A stretch of 64,000 nucleotides of DNA, from assembly GCA_041660565.1 (NCBI GenBank), contig JBAZWC010000002.1, positions 149,520-213,519 on the forward strand, given 5' to 3'. This document shows, in pieces, positions 38,616-45,593 of the stretch (position 1 is its first letter; every line of letters begins with the position of its first letter). The position numbers were made by a program, and so were the translations under genes. Origin of the DNA: Patescibacteria group bacterium. GTDB lineage: Bacteria; Patescibacteriota; UBA1384; CAJBMM01. The notes under the pieces were generated by a model. That model searched no databases and was not told where the DNA came from. It saw nothing but the letters and a program-made list of their open reading frames with translations.

Positions 38616-39191
38616 CTAGATAACTTGTAGGACGTCTGTTAGTTGTTTGATCCGGATGATGTTTTTGTGATCTGAAACGCCATGGTTCCACGGCCTGTCA
38701 AACAGCAACACCCTCACCCCGGAATTGGCGCATTTCTCTGCCCATTCCGGCGAATCGTCAATTATCAGATCAACTTTTTCACGTAAACAAACATCGTTTT
38801 TCTCTCCTCGTGCGTTACCGTCATTAGAAAAATGATGGGTCAAAATAATCTTAGAGAATCGTTGTGGAAAATGGCTGTCTAACCAGCTTGTAGTCTCAGC
38901 GGTTAACTGTGTTGGACGGGAAGTGATAACAATTAATTCGTGATCTTTTGATAATTTTTCCACCACGTCGACCGCTTTGTTCTGAGGTTGCAATGACTTA
39001 AGACTGCCCGATTGGTAAAACTTAAATACCTTATCGACTATCTCTGCGTGAGGGCGCTTGAACAACGGCTGTAAATCGTATTCAAGAACGTCTGATAATA
39101 CAAAACTCGTGCCGTCGTTTTCGTTGCAGTAGCGCAAAAACTCAGACACAAAGTCGGTTAGCACATCATCAAAATCAAAAGCAATTTTCAT
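38616..39191 (-). CDS. HAD-superfamily 5'(3')-deoxyribonucleotidase-like phosphatase.
   Basis: 191 aa. 'MKIAFDFDDVL' is the HAD motif I (DxD) at the N-terminus; length and architecture are NT5C-like. Confidence 0.5.
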   Translation of the reverse strand: MKIAFDFDDVLTDFVSEFLRYCNENDGTSFVLSDVLEYDLQPLFKRPHAEIVDKVFKFYQSGSLKSLQPQNKAVDVVEKLSKDHELIVITSRPTQLTAETTSWLDSHFPQRFSKIILTHHFSNDGNARGEKNDVCLREKVDLIIDDSPEWAEKCANSGVRVLLFDRPWNHGVSDHKNIIRIKQLTDVLQVI

Positions 39192-39209
39192 AAAGCCATA
39201 TTAGCACAT

Positions 39210-39785
39210 TTAGGAAACGCCGGCCTCATCTTCCGAGTTAATCTGATGAAAATACTTCATTACGGATTCTCCAATAATGTCTAGGTCCGTCAATAATTCT
39301 TCGCGATCATCTTTTGGATCAATAATTCCTTTTGCCTGCGATGGAGATAAAATATAGTAAATCGGCATATCCATAGATGTATTGGCGCTATAAACTTCAA
39401 TAAGCCACGGGAATTTCTTGTGTACAGTTCGCCTATAAACTACTTCGATGATATCCTTTAATAATTGTTTATCGTCGCAAGCAAACCAAATTACTGGTAA
39501 TTCCTCGCCGTGACCCTCACAAGATTCTACGGTTATAAGACCGTTGTTTGTCAACACCTGACAAATTCTTTTCATTGGTTCGTCTGTGATTGGTAAGTTC
39601 AGTTCAATATCTCTGTACCGCTGAACTGATTTCTCGGTTTCCGCTCTGTATTGCGCAATTCCCTCCGGGGACCATCTTTCATCACATATTCGACTAACAA
39701 TTAAGTCAGCACTAATTCTTGGCTTTACGCCTGATTGACCAACCTCGGATTCGCCTGAGATATATTCATTCATTTGTGACTCCAA
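39210..39785 (-). CDS. Hypothetical protein, flanked by 33-bp direct repeats.
   Basis: 191-aa ORF, no motif recognised. Identical 33-bp sequences at 39183-39215 and 39793-39825 bracket it. Confidence 0.3.
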   Translation of the reverse strand: MESQMNEYISGESEVGQSGVKPRISADLIVSRICDERWSPEGIAQYRAETEKSVQRYRDIELNLPITDEPMKRICQVLTNNGLITVESCEGHGEELPVIWFACDDKQLLKDIIEVVYRRTVHKKFPWLIEVYSANTSMDMPIYYILSPSQAKGIIDPKDDREELLTDLDIIGESVMKYFHQINSEDEAGVS

Positions 39786-39828
39786 ATGATTTAATTTTCA
39801 TAAAGCCATATTAGCACATTTAGGATTG

Positions 39829-39866
39829 TTAGGGGATTTGGGGGGATTGGGGGCTTTTGGGAAGTG
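39829..39866. repeat. G-rich half-element of the same family.
   Basis: 'aggggatttggggggattgggggcttttgggaagtg' between the 33-bp direct repeat and tRNA-Ser(CGA). Confidence 0.55.
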
Positions 39867-39906
39867 ACAATTCCATCCTCCATCTTCTATTTTCCATCCT
39901 CTGATA

Positions 39907-39996
39907 TGGCGGAGACGAGAGGATTTGAACCTCTGAAGGGCTTGCACCCTTACCGCGTTTCGAATGCGGCGCAATCAACCACTATGCGACGTCTCC
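39907..39996 (-). tRNA. tRNA-Ser (anticodon CGA as read), type II.
   Basis: The reverse complement reads GGAGACGTCGCATAGTGGTTGATTGCG... anticodon loop TTCGAAA ... long variable arm ... GGTTCAAATCCTCTCGTCTCCGCCA, with G73 discriminator. One mismatch in the anticodon stem. Confidence 0.7.
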
Positions 39997-40251
39997 ATTT
40001 AACTTCGTTATTATATCACGATATTGCTGTTTTAGTAACCGCTTCCCCTCAGTCGTTTTTAGAAATCTTTCGCGCCTCTGTGCATCGGTTTTAAGCGCGT
40101 AGCACTCGTACCCGATTAAGGTTAATGGTCGCTTGAATTTTGTCGACGTTACGCCACCTTGATTATGTTGACCAACGCGTCTTTTTAAATCGCTGGCACT
40201 ACCAGTATAAATATGACTGTCGTTTTGCATTAAAAAATAAACATAGTACAT
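39982..40251 (-). CDS. GIY-YIG nuclease-domain protein (YhbQ/UPF0213-like).
   Basis: 89 aa. 'YYVYFLMQNDSHIYTGSASDLKRRVGQHNQG' is the GIY-YIG signature. The last ~20 codons run through a duplicated segment and 15 nt of the tRNA-Ser(CGA) 5' end, so the functional CDS probably ends earlier. Confidence 0.55.
   Translation of the reverse strand: MYYVYFLMQNDSHIYTGSASDLKRRVGQHNQGGVTSTKFKRPLTLIGYECYALKTDAQRRERFLKTTEGKRLLKQQYRDIITKLNGDVA
39984..40043. repeat. About 60-bp direct repeat, copy 1: tRNA-Ser(CGA) 5' end plus upstream flank.
   Basis: 'atgcgacgtctccatttaacttcgttattatatcacgatattgctgttttagtaaccg' recurs at 40433-40492 with two mismatches. Confidence 0.8.
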
Positions 40252-40325
40252 GGCTTCATAATTTTACCGCATTTCGCCCTATCATTCGATAGCGCGCCCT
40301 GTCGCATGACAGGGCGAAACCGGAG

Positions 40326-40351
40326 CACTAGGCCACTATGCGACCTCTCCA
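40326..40351 (-). pseudogene. tRNA-Ser 5' fragment (pseudo-tRNA) followed by a cloverleaf-like palindrome.
   Basis: The reverse complement 'GGAGAGGTCGCATAGTGGCCTAGTGC' matches the first 26 nt of tRNA-Ser(TGA) at 30764-30853, then diverges into nested palindromes with no T-arm. Confidence 0.4.
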
Positions 40352-40432
40352 GATAACAGTTAACATTTAACTTGAAACAATTAACAGGATCGACAAGGGA
40401 AAATAAGGGATTGCGATGGATTCCACAAAGGG

Positions 40433-40492
40433 ATGCGACGTCTCCATTTGACTTCGTTATTATATCACGATATTGCTGTTTTAGTAACCGTT
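40433..40492. repeat. About 60-bp direct repeat, copy 2 (displaced tRNA-Ser 5' end plus flank).
   Basis: Near-identical to 39984-40043. Lies at the left edge of the GC-rich patch 40500-40920. Confidence 0.8.
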
Positions 40493-40518
40493 TCTTCCTG
40501 GCTTGATTTGTTTCGACT

Positions 40519-40914
40519 TTGCGCATAAAATCAATTCGGAGCAACACTGTCTCAGAGGAGATAACGATGCAGATGATTGGAGACGTGAATCTGCTATCGC
40601 AATACTCGGGTTACGGCAACCTGCTAGCCCATCTAAGGAACCTCCCAGAAATGCTGGAGTTATACAGCGGTTACTGTTTCGAGAAGGGAAGCCGTGGCAG
40701 GGGAAATGGGCAAGCATCATCACCGCTTGCTGGGAGTAACATTTGGCTTGCGGACGAAGACGAGTGCGTCATCATTTGCCAAGCCGAGAGAGGCCGCGGC
40801 GCGCTGGTAATCCGTGTCTACACGCTTAACCATGGTTCGAAGTGTCTTAGTCAGCGCATTTGGCAGATCATTCATCAGCACAACCTGCCTTACGCCATCA
40901 CTGGCTCGCCGTAA
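40519..40914 (+). CDS. Hypothetical protein on a small GC-rich island.
   Basis: 131-aa ORF in a roughly 420-bp GC-rich patch immediately beside the tRNA-Ser fragments. Confidence 0.3.
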   Translation: MRIKSIRSNTVSEEITMQMIGDVNLLSQYSGYGNLLAHLRNLPEMLELYSGYCFEKGSRGRGNGQASSPLAGSNIWLADEDECVIICQAERGRGALVIRVYTLNHGSKCLSQRIWQIIHQHNLPYAITGSP

Positions 40915-41021
40915 AAGCGGGCCAGCTATTTTTTTATTCAATTAACAGGGTGCTTTTAGATATTTAGGAATTAGACATTTTTCTATATAGATTCAAAGGT
41001 CTTGCCCGGAATGACAGGTGA

Positions 41022-41861
41022 TTATTTTTTCTTCACCGTAACCGTAACGCCGCCTTTTTTCTTCTCCACCTTCACCGGGGCAGATGAAGTGGGCGCACTC
41101 GAGGTTGTTTTTTCGGCTTTATCAATTGTCTTTTCAGTTCGGGTGGCTTCTTTTTGCAGCTCTTGAAGCGTCAAACCCTGTTTTTTAAGCACATATTGCT
41201 GTTGAGCCACGCCAAACAAGTTGGTCACCGCCCAGTAAAGCGGCAGGGCGGCCGGCAAACTACGGGCAATTATTAAGGTGATTAACGGCGCCAAATAAAT
41301 CATTTGTTTCGAAAACGCCGCTGTTGGATCGTCTGGATTGTTGTTCGGGATAAAGGTTACTTTGGTTTGCCAGTACTGAGTTAGCCCGGCAATGATAGGT
41401 AAAATGTACAGATCTGGTTTAGCTAGATTGATGCCAAAAAAGTTAGTATTTACGTCTGACGGGCGCAAGGTGAACGAATAGAGCTGATCAAAATGCGCGG
41501 TAGTTAAACCGTTACGGAAGACTTGGTACAACACCACCAAAATTACCAGCTGTACGATCATCGGCAAACAACTTGAGAACGGGCTAACGCCCTCTTCTTT
41601 ATACAGCGCCATTAACGCCTGAGACTGCAGAGCTTTGTCTTCTTTGTGCTTAGCGCGTAGCTCGTCTATCTTTGGTTGCAGCAATCTCATTCTCACCTGA
41701 ACCCGAGCGGTGTGAACTGTAACCGGCAAAAGTACGATGCGGATTATTAAGGTAAGAATGATGATAGCCCATCCCAGCTCGTGTCCCGGCATAATTGCCA
41801 TCAAAAATACCAAAAAATTGAACATTGGTGTGTATAAAATGGTGGTGAATAATTTGATCAT
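41022..41861 (-). CDS. yidC: Membrane protein insertase YidC (short, Gram-positive/CPR type).
   Basis: 279 aa, five TM helices with a 60-kDa_IMP-like core and a lysine-rich C-terminal tail. Conserved position yidD-yidC. Confidence 0.8.
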   Translation of the reverse strand: MIKLFTTILYTPMFNFLVFLMAIMPGHELGWAIIILTLIIRIVLLPVTVHTARVQVRMRLLQPKIDELRAKHKEDKALQSQALMALYKEEGVSPFSSCLPMIVQLVILVVLYQVFRNGLTTAHFDQLYSFTLRPSDVNTNFFGINLAKPDLYILPIIAGLTQYWQTKVTFIPNNNPDDPTAAFSKQMIYLAPLITLIIARSLPAALPLYWAVTNLFGVAQQQYVLKKQGLTLQELQKEATRTEKTIDKAEKTTSSAPTSSAPVKVEKKKGGVTVTVKKK

Positions 41862-41876
41862 TGTTGTCCTTAAATT

Positions 41877-42134
41877 TTATGGAACTGGATCGTGGCCAAC
41901 CTCGTGCCAAGGGTTACATCTTAAAATTCGGGCCGTTCCCAATCGTACGCCCTTAACAATACCATATTTTGCCACTGCCTGATAGGTGTATTGGCTGCAC
42001 GTTGGGGTAAACCGACAAACGCCACTGGGATAAAATACCCTTACCCAGCTGTGGTCAGGCGACAAAGTGTACTGATAGATAACGATCAGCATCAATACAA
42101 TTTTCCGTGGCAAAAGATATATTTTTTTTAACAT
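41877..42134 (-). CDS. yidD: Membrane protein insertion efficiency factor YidD.
   Basis: 85 aa. 'YQYTLSP...CRFTPTCSQYTYQAVAKYG...RCNPWH' is the YidD (haemolytic-domain) signature. Confidence 0.8.
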   Translation of the reverse strand: MLKKIYLLPRKIVLMLIVIYQYTLSPDHSWVRVFYPSGVCRFTPTCSQYTYQAVAKYGIVKGVRLGTARILRCNPWHEVGHDPVP

Positions 42135-42140
42135 ATAGTT

Positions 42141-42262
42141 ATAAATTCGAAACTCGAAGCACGAAATAAATTCGAAAGTTCAAAATCAGAAATTCAAATT
42201 TTTGGATTTTTTTATTTTTTGTACTTGTTTCGGATTTCGGATTTAGTGCTTCGTGCTTAAAC
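42141..42262. repeat. About 100-bp AT-rich dispersed intergenic element, copy B (yidD-rnpA spacer).
   Basis: 'aaattcgaaactcgaagcacgaaataaattcgaaa...aaattcaaatttttgga...tcggatttcggatttagtgcttcgtgcttaaa'. Confidence 0.65.
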
Positions 42263-42589
42263 TTTTTGGATTTGCCCAAAAAGTTCCATGCACTCTTGCT
42301 TAATATCCACACCGGCGCCGTAGTTGCTAACATAAACACACAAATCGAATGCTAGAGCTGGATTATCTTTGATAAATTGATCAAATTGAGCACGAATTTG
42401 GCGCTTGACTCTGTTACGATCCGTGGCGTGCTTGATGGTTTTAGTGCCCACGATAACCGTGAATCTAATGTGCCCGGAGCGATTTGGTAAAATTTGGATA
42501 CGTAAATTGCGCCCGGACAGCTTTTTGCCTTTTTGCTGTACCCGACGCACATCGCGGTTACTTTGCAATCGATATTTTCGACTGACCAT
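42257..42589 (-). CDS. rnpA: Ribonuclease P protein component.
   Basis: 110 aa, basic. 'RLQSNRDVRRVQQKGKK' RNase P protein motif. Immediately downstream of rpmH. Confidence 0.8.
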   Translation of the reverse strand: MVSRKYRLQSNRDVRRVQQKGKKLSGRNLRIQILPNRSGHIRFTVIVGTKTIKHATDRNRVKRQIRAQFDQFIKDNPALAFDLCVYVSNYGAGVDIKQECMELFGQIQKV

Positions 42590-42598
42590 TATTAGATC

Positions 42599-42733
42599 CT
42601 ACACAGTTAACTTAGCGCGACCTTTGTTTCGACGTCTTTGTAGTACGTTTTGACCGTCTTTATTGGACATACGCGCCAAAAAGCCGTGATCCTTTTTAGA
42701 TTTGACGTTCTTGTGTTTATAATTTAGAAACAT
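42599..42733 (-). CDS. rpmH: 50S ribosomal protein L34.
   Basis: Hand-translated 44 aa: [44 protein letters not shown]. Missing from the ORF track because it is under 60 aa. Confidence 0.85.
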   Translation of the reverse strand: MFLNYKHKNVKSKKDHGFLARMSNKDGQNVLQRRRNKGRAKLTV

Positions 42734-42758
42734 TACATTGCTCCGCTGTTGTTTGTCT

Positions 42759-42794
42759 TAAAATATCACGTTTCGGCTAAAAAAGCAAACGGCG
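42759..42794. repeat. 36-bp direct repeat, copy 1 (left boundary of the GC-rich rpmH-dnaA island).
   Basis: 'taaaatatcacgtttcggctaaaaaagcaaacggcg' recurs at 43809-43844 with one mismatch (g/a). Confidence 0.8.
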
Positions 42795-42847
42795 ACCCCC
42801 TACAAGTAGAAGGCCGCCGAATTGTGTCTTCATGCCGATTCCTTAGC

Positions 42848-43255
42848 CTAACTCTCTGCCACCGTCACCAAGATGGCATTGCAGCCCTGGTACTTCACAA
42901 ACAGAACGTCGTTGAACGCAATGTCGACGGCATGGAGGCCGCCCCCGATCGGGGAACAGTCAGCAAAGTGAAGCCATTTCGGTCCCCGATAGAATCGCAC
43001 CCTCCATCGTTCTCCGTCGAGACGAACTATGCGCATTTTGTTGTGTTCGTTGATGGCCTGGTAGGCATCCTCCGGAAATACGGCCTTGATTGCCGGCCAC
43101 CAGCCATCAACATGGTCGTCGTTGACCTGCCTCAGACGAACCAGGACCGCGCCTGCTGGAATAAGCGCGTCGCGAACCGCTGCCCTGATCTTCATGTGCA
43201 CGTACGCTAGAAATACAACAGCCAGCGCCGCCGCAATCCAGAAACTCGCGTGCAT
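42848..43255 (-). CDS. Hypothetical membrane-anchored protein on the GC-rich rpmH-dnaA island.
   Basis: 135 aa. N-terminal TM helix (FWIAAALAVVFLAYV). GC-rich coding sequence. Confidence 0.3.
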   Translation of the reverse strand: MHASFWIAAALAVVFLAYVHMKIRAAVRDALIPAGAVLVRLRQVNDDHVDGWWPAIKAVFPEDAYQAINEHNKMRIVRLDGERWRVRFYRGPKWLHFADCSPIGGGLHAVDIAFNDVLFVKYQGCNAILVTVAES

Positions 43256-43267
43256 CTCACCGCCCTC

Positions 43268-43939
43268 CTAGAGCTTCGGTAGATAGCTGGAAACCACGAT
43301 GCGGTCGCAACCGCACTCCGCTGCTAGCCGTAGACAGTTAGCGGTAATACGAGCCCCGCCAAGAGTCATTGGCGCATACTCAGCGTTGCTTTCGTCTAGG
43401 TACACTATGGTCGCGTCGCCCCGCTTGAACTCCACAACGACCTTAAGATATGATCGCTTGGCAAAGACATGCAACGCGTACTCCCCAGACACACAACTAG
43501 TCTCAAAGGAGGACTGAAGGGTGAATTGCTCGGGCGGGAAGAGACTCCTAATCCGTCCCCAGCACTCCTCACAGACACGCCCCTGAGTCAGACAATCACA
43601 GTCAAGGTCGATCGGCTCGTCCATCAGCCGCTTCTTGCGACCCCGACCTAGTGTCAAAGCAGCGCCGAATGCGATGACACAGATCGCCGCGAAGGCCACA
43701 CTCAAAACCCCGATCCCGATCACCAAAGGCACATCCACGGTCACTTTCGTAACCTTTCTGCCCCCAAATGGGCGGTATATGTTGTCAGGTACTGCGCTAT
43801 CAGATTGATAAAATATCACATTTCGGCTAAAAAAGCAAACGGCGGCCTTACTGTAATGGAAGACTGTCCATCCCCCATCCCCTATAGATACTATGCATCT
43901 AAGAGCCAAAAACTCACAGATTGAGGCTCTATTTACCAT
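43268..43939 (-). CDS. Hypothetical membrane-anchored Cys-rich protein on the GC-rich rpmH-dnaA island.
   Basis: 223-aa ORF. Central TM helix (LVIGIGVLSVAFAAICVIAF), then 'DLDCDCLTQGRVCEECWGR'. The true start may be an internal Met. Confidence 0.3.
   Translation of the reverse strand: MVNRASICEFLALRCIVSIGDGGWTVFHYSKAAVCFFSRNVIFYQSDSAVPDNIYRPFGGRKVTKVTVDVPLVIGIGVLSVAFAAICVIAFGAALTLGRGRKKRLMDEPIDLDCDCLTQGRVCEECWGRIRSLFPPEQFTLQSSFETSCVSGEYALHVFAKRSYLKVVVEFKRGDATIVYLDESNAEYAPMTLGGARITANCLRLAAECGCDRIVVSSYLPKL
43809..43844. repeat. 36-bp direct repeat, copy 2 (right boundary of the GC-rich rpmH-dnaA island).
   Basis: 'taaaatatcacatttcggctaaaaaagcaaacggcg'. AT-rich sequence resumes immediately after it. 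Confidence 0.8.
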
Positions 43940-43957
43940 CTTCCAAATATGCTATGC

Positions 43958-43966
43958 TGTGGATAA
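43958..43966 (+). promoter_or_regulatory. Consensus DnaA box (TGTGGATAA) in the dnaA upstream region.
   Basis: Perfect 9-mer TGTGGATAA lies 14 bp upstream of the dnaA start. Confidence 0.5.
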
Positions 43967-43979
43967 CTTTTAAGGCGAG

Positions 43980-45359
43980 GTGATTATGATCGACAACGAA
44001 AAATTATGGCAAACCGCTCTGGGAGAGTTTGAGGTTAGCTTAAGTAAAGGCAACTACACCACCTGGTTTAGGGGCTCGTTTATTTATAAAATTGATGATC
44101 ACTTGGCCACGATAGGCGTATTCAATAACTTCTCTCTTGAATGGCTGCGGAAGAAATTTCATCAGCAGATTATTGATACTCTTAACAAGCTAACCAAAGG
44201 ACAGGTTACCGAAGTTGAATACATGGTGGCTAGTAAAGACGAGCAGCCAAAGCACATCAATAGTTCTCCACTTATCAACAACCCTGTGGATAAAAAAGCG
44301 ACCCCTGTTAACCCAACATTAACACCGTTGAGCAAACCGCAATTGAACGCGAAATACACCTTTGACCACTACATTGTCGGCAACAGCAACCGCATGGCAC
44401 ACGCCGCCGCCGAAGCAGTAGCAGACAATCCCGGCCACGCTTACAACCCGTTATTTATTTGGGGTGGCGTTGGTTTGGGAAAAACTCACTTAATCCAAGC
44501 TATCGCGCATCGTGTGTTGCAAAAAGACAGCAATAAGAAGGTGGTCTATACCACTTCGGAACAGTTTACTAACAGCTTTGTAGATTCATTAAGAAAAGGT
44601 AAAGCGAACGAATTTAAGCACCTTTATCGGGGCGTCGACGTTCTTATCATCGACGATATTCAATTTATTGCCGGCAAAGAAGCGGTGCAAGAGGAATTTT
44701 TTCACACCTTTAACGCCCTGCACCAACAAAACAGTCAGATCATTATCACTTCTGATCGAATCCCCAAAGCCATTCCCACATTAGAAGATCGCTTGTCATC
44801 TCGCTTCGAAATGGGATTGATTGTGGATATCAATTTACCCGATGTCGAAACCAGAACCGCTATTATTAAATCTGCATGCGAAGAAAAGGGATTTGAGATT
44901 ACCGATGAAATCGTGAATTATTTGGCGGTTAGAATATCGCGGAATATTCGCGAAATCGAGGGAGCAGTAAACCGATTGGTAGCTTATTGTGGATTAAGCA
45001 ACATTGAGCCAACCGAAGCTTTAATCGAATCCACCTTACAGCAATATCTAAACAACGAAGAAACCAAACAAGTAACCGCCAACAAAATCATCAAAATGGT
45101 TGCATCGTTTTATAACATCACCGTTGATCAGATTTTGGGCCAACGTCGCACCAAAGACTTGGTGCACCCTCGCCAGGTAGCAATGCACTTACTTAGATCA
45201 GAACTAAACATCTCATTACCAAACGTAGGCAAAGAGATGGGTGGTAAAGATCATACTACGGTAATGTATGCCTGTAATAAGATTGAAAAAGAATTGCTTA
45301 AAAACAATACACTTCAACAAGAAATAGCTACTTTGAAAGAAAGATTGTATTCGGTATAG
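43980..45359 (+). CDS. dnaA: Chromosomal replication initiator DnaA.
   Basis: 459 aa. Walker A 'GGVGLGKTHL', 'VLIIDDIQF' Walker B, and the C-terminal DNA-binding domain 'HPRQVAMHLLR...GGKDHTTVMYACNKI'. Confidence 0.9.
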   Translation: MIMIDNEKLWQTALGEFEVSLSKGNYTTWFRGSFIYKIDDHLATIGVFNNFSLEWLRKKFHQQIIDTLNKLTKGQVTEVEYMVASKDEQPKHINSSPLINNPVDKKATPVNPTLTPLSKPQLNAKYTFDHYIVGNSNRMAHAAAEAVADNPGHAYNPLFIWGGVGLGKTHLIQAIAHRVLQKDSNKKVVYTTSEQFTNSFVDSLRKGKANEFKHLYRGVDVLIIDDIQFIAGKEAVQEEFFHTFNALHQQNSQIIITSDRIPKAIPTLEDRLSSRFEMGLIVDINLPDVETRTAIIKSACEEKGFEITDEIVNYLAVRISRNIREIEGAVNRLVAYCGLSNIEPTEALIESTLQQYLNNEETKQVTANKIIKMVASFYNITVDQILGQRRTKDLVHPRQVAMHLLRSELNISLPNVGKEMGGKDHTTVMYACNKIEKELLKNNTLQQEIATLKERLYSV

Positions 45360-45593
45360 ACATTAATATTATTTAATTAATATACCTAGTAGTAATAATA
45401 AGGGATGTTAATAGCGGGGATAAGTGGTATTTTAATCTTGATAATACCGGTAAAACGTCTAAAAACTCTGGGGAAAATAAAGGATAAGTTGGGTAGTTTT
45501 GCACAGGTTAGCGGTATTAACAAGATCAGGAAAATCTCTGTGGAAAACAATAAGAGTAATTAAATAATTATCAACAGGCAAAAAGGAGATAAA
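45360..45593. promoter_or_regulatory. Candidate oriC (dnaA-dnaN spacer) with an AT-rich unwinding element and degenerate DnaA boxes.
   Basis: AT-rich 'cattaatattatttaattaatata...' at 45360-45400. DnaA-box-like 9-mers 'tgtggaaaa' (45539-45547) and 'ctggggaaaa', and 'ggataag' repeats inside two similar ~30-bp units. Confidence 0.45.

Noticed and set aside
40230-40547. 105-aa minus-strand ORF overlapping the tRNA fragments and the 60-bp repeat copy 2.
   Set aside because: Its only recognisable segment (KRLLKQQYRDIITKSNGDVA) is the duplicated tail of the GIY-YIG ORF read from repeat copy 2. The rest runs through pseudo-tRNA and palindromic DNA. Treated as a duplication remnant, not a gene.
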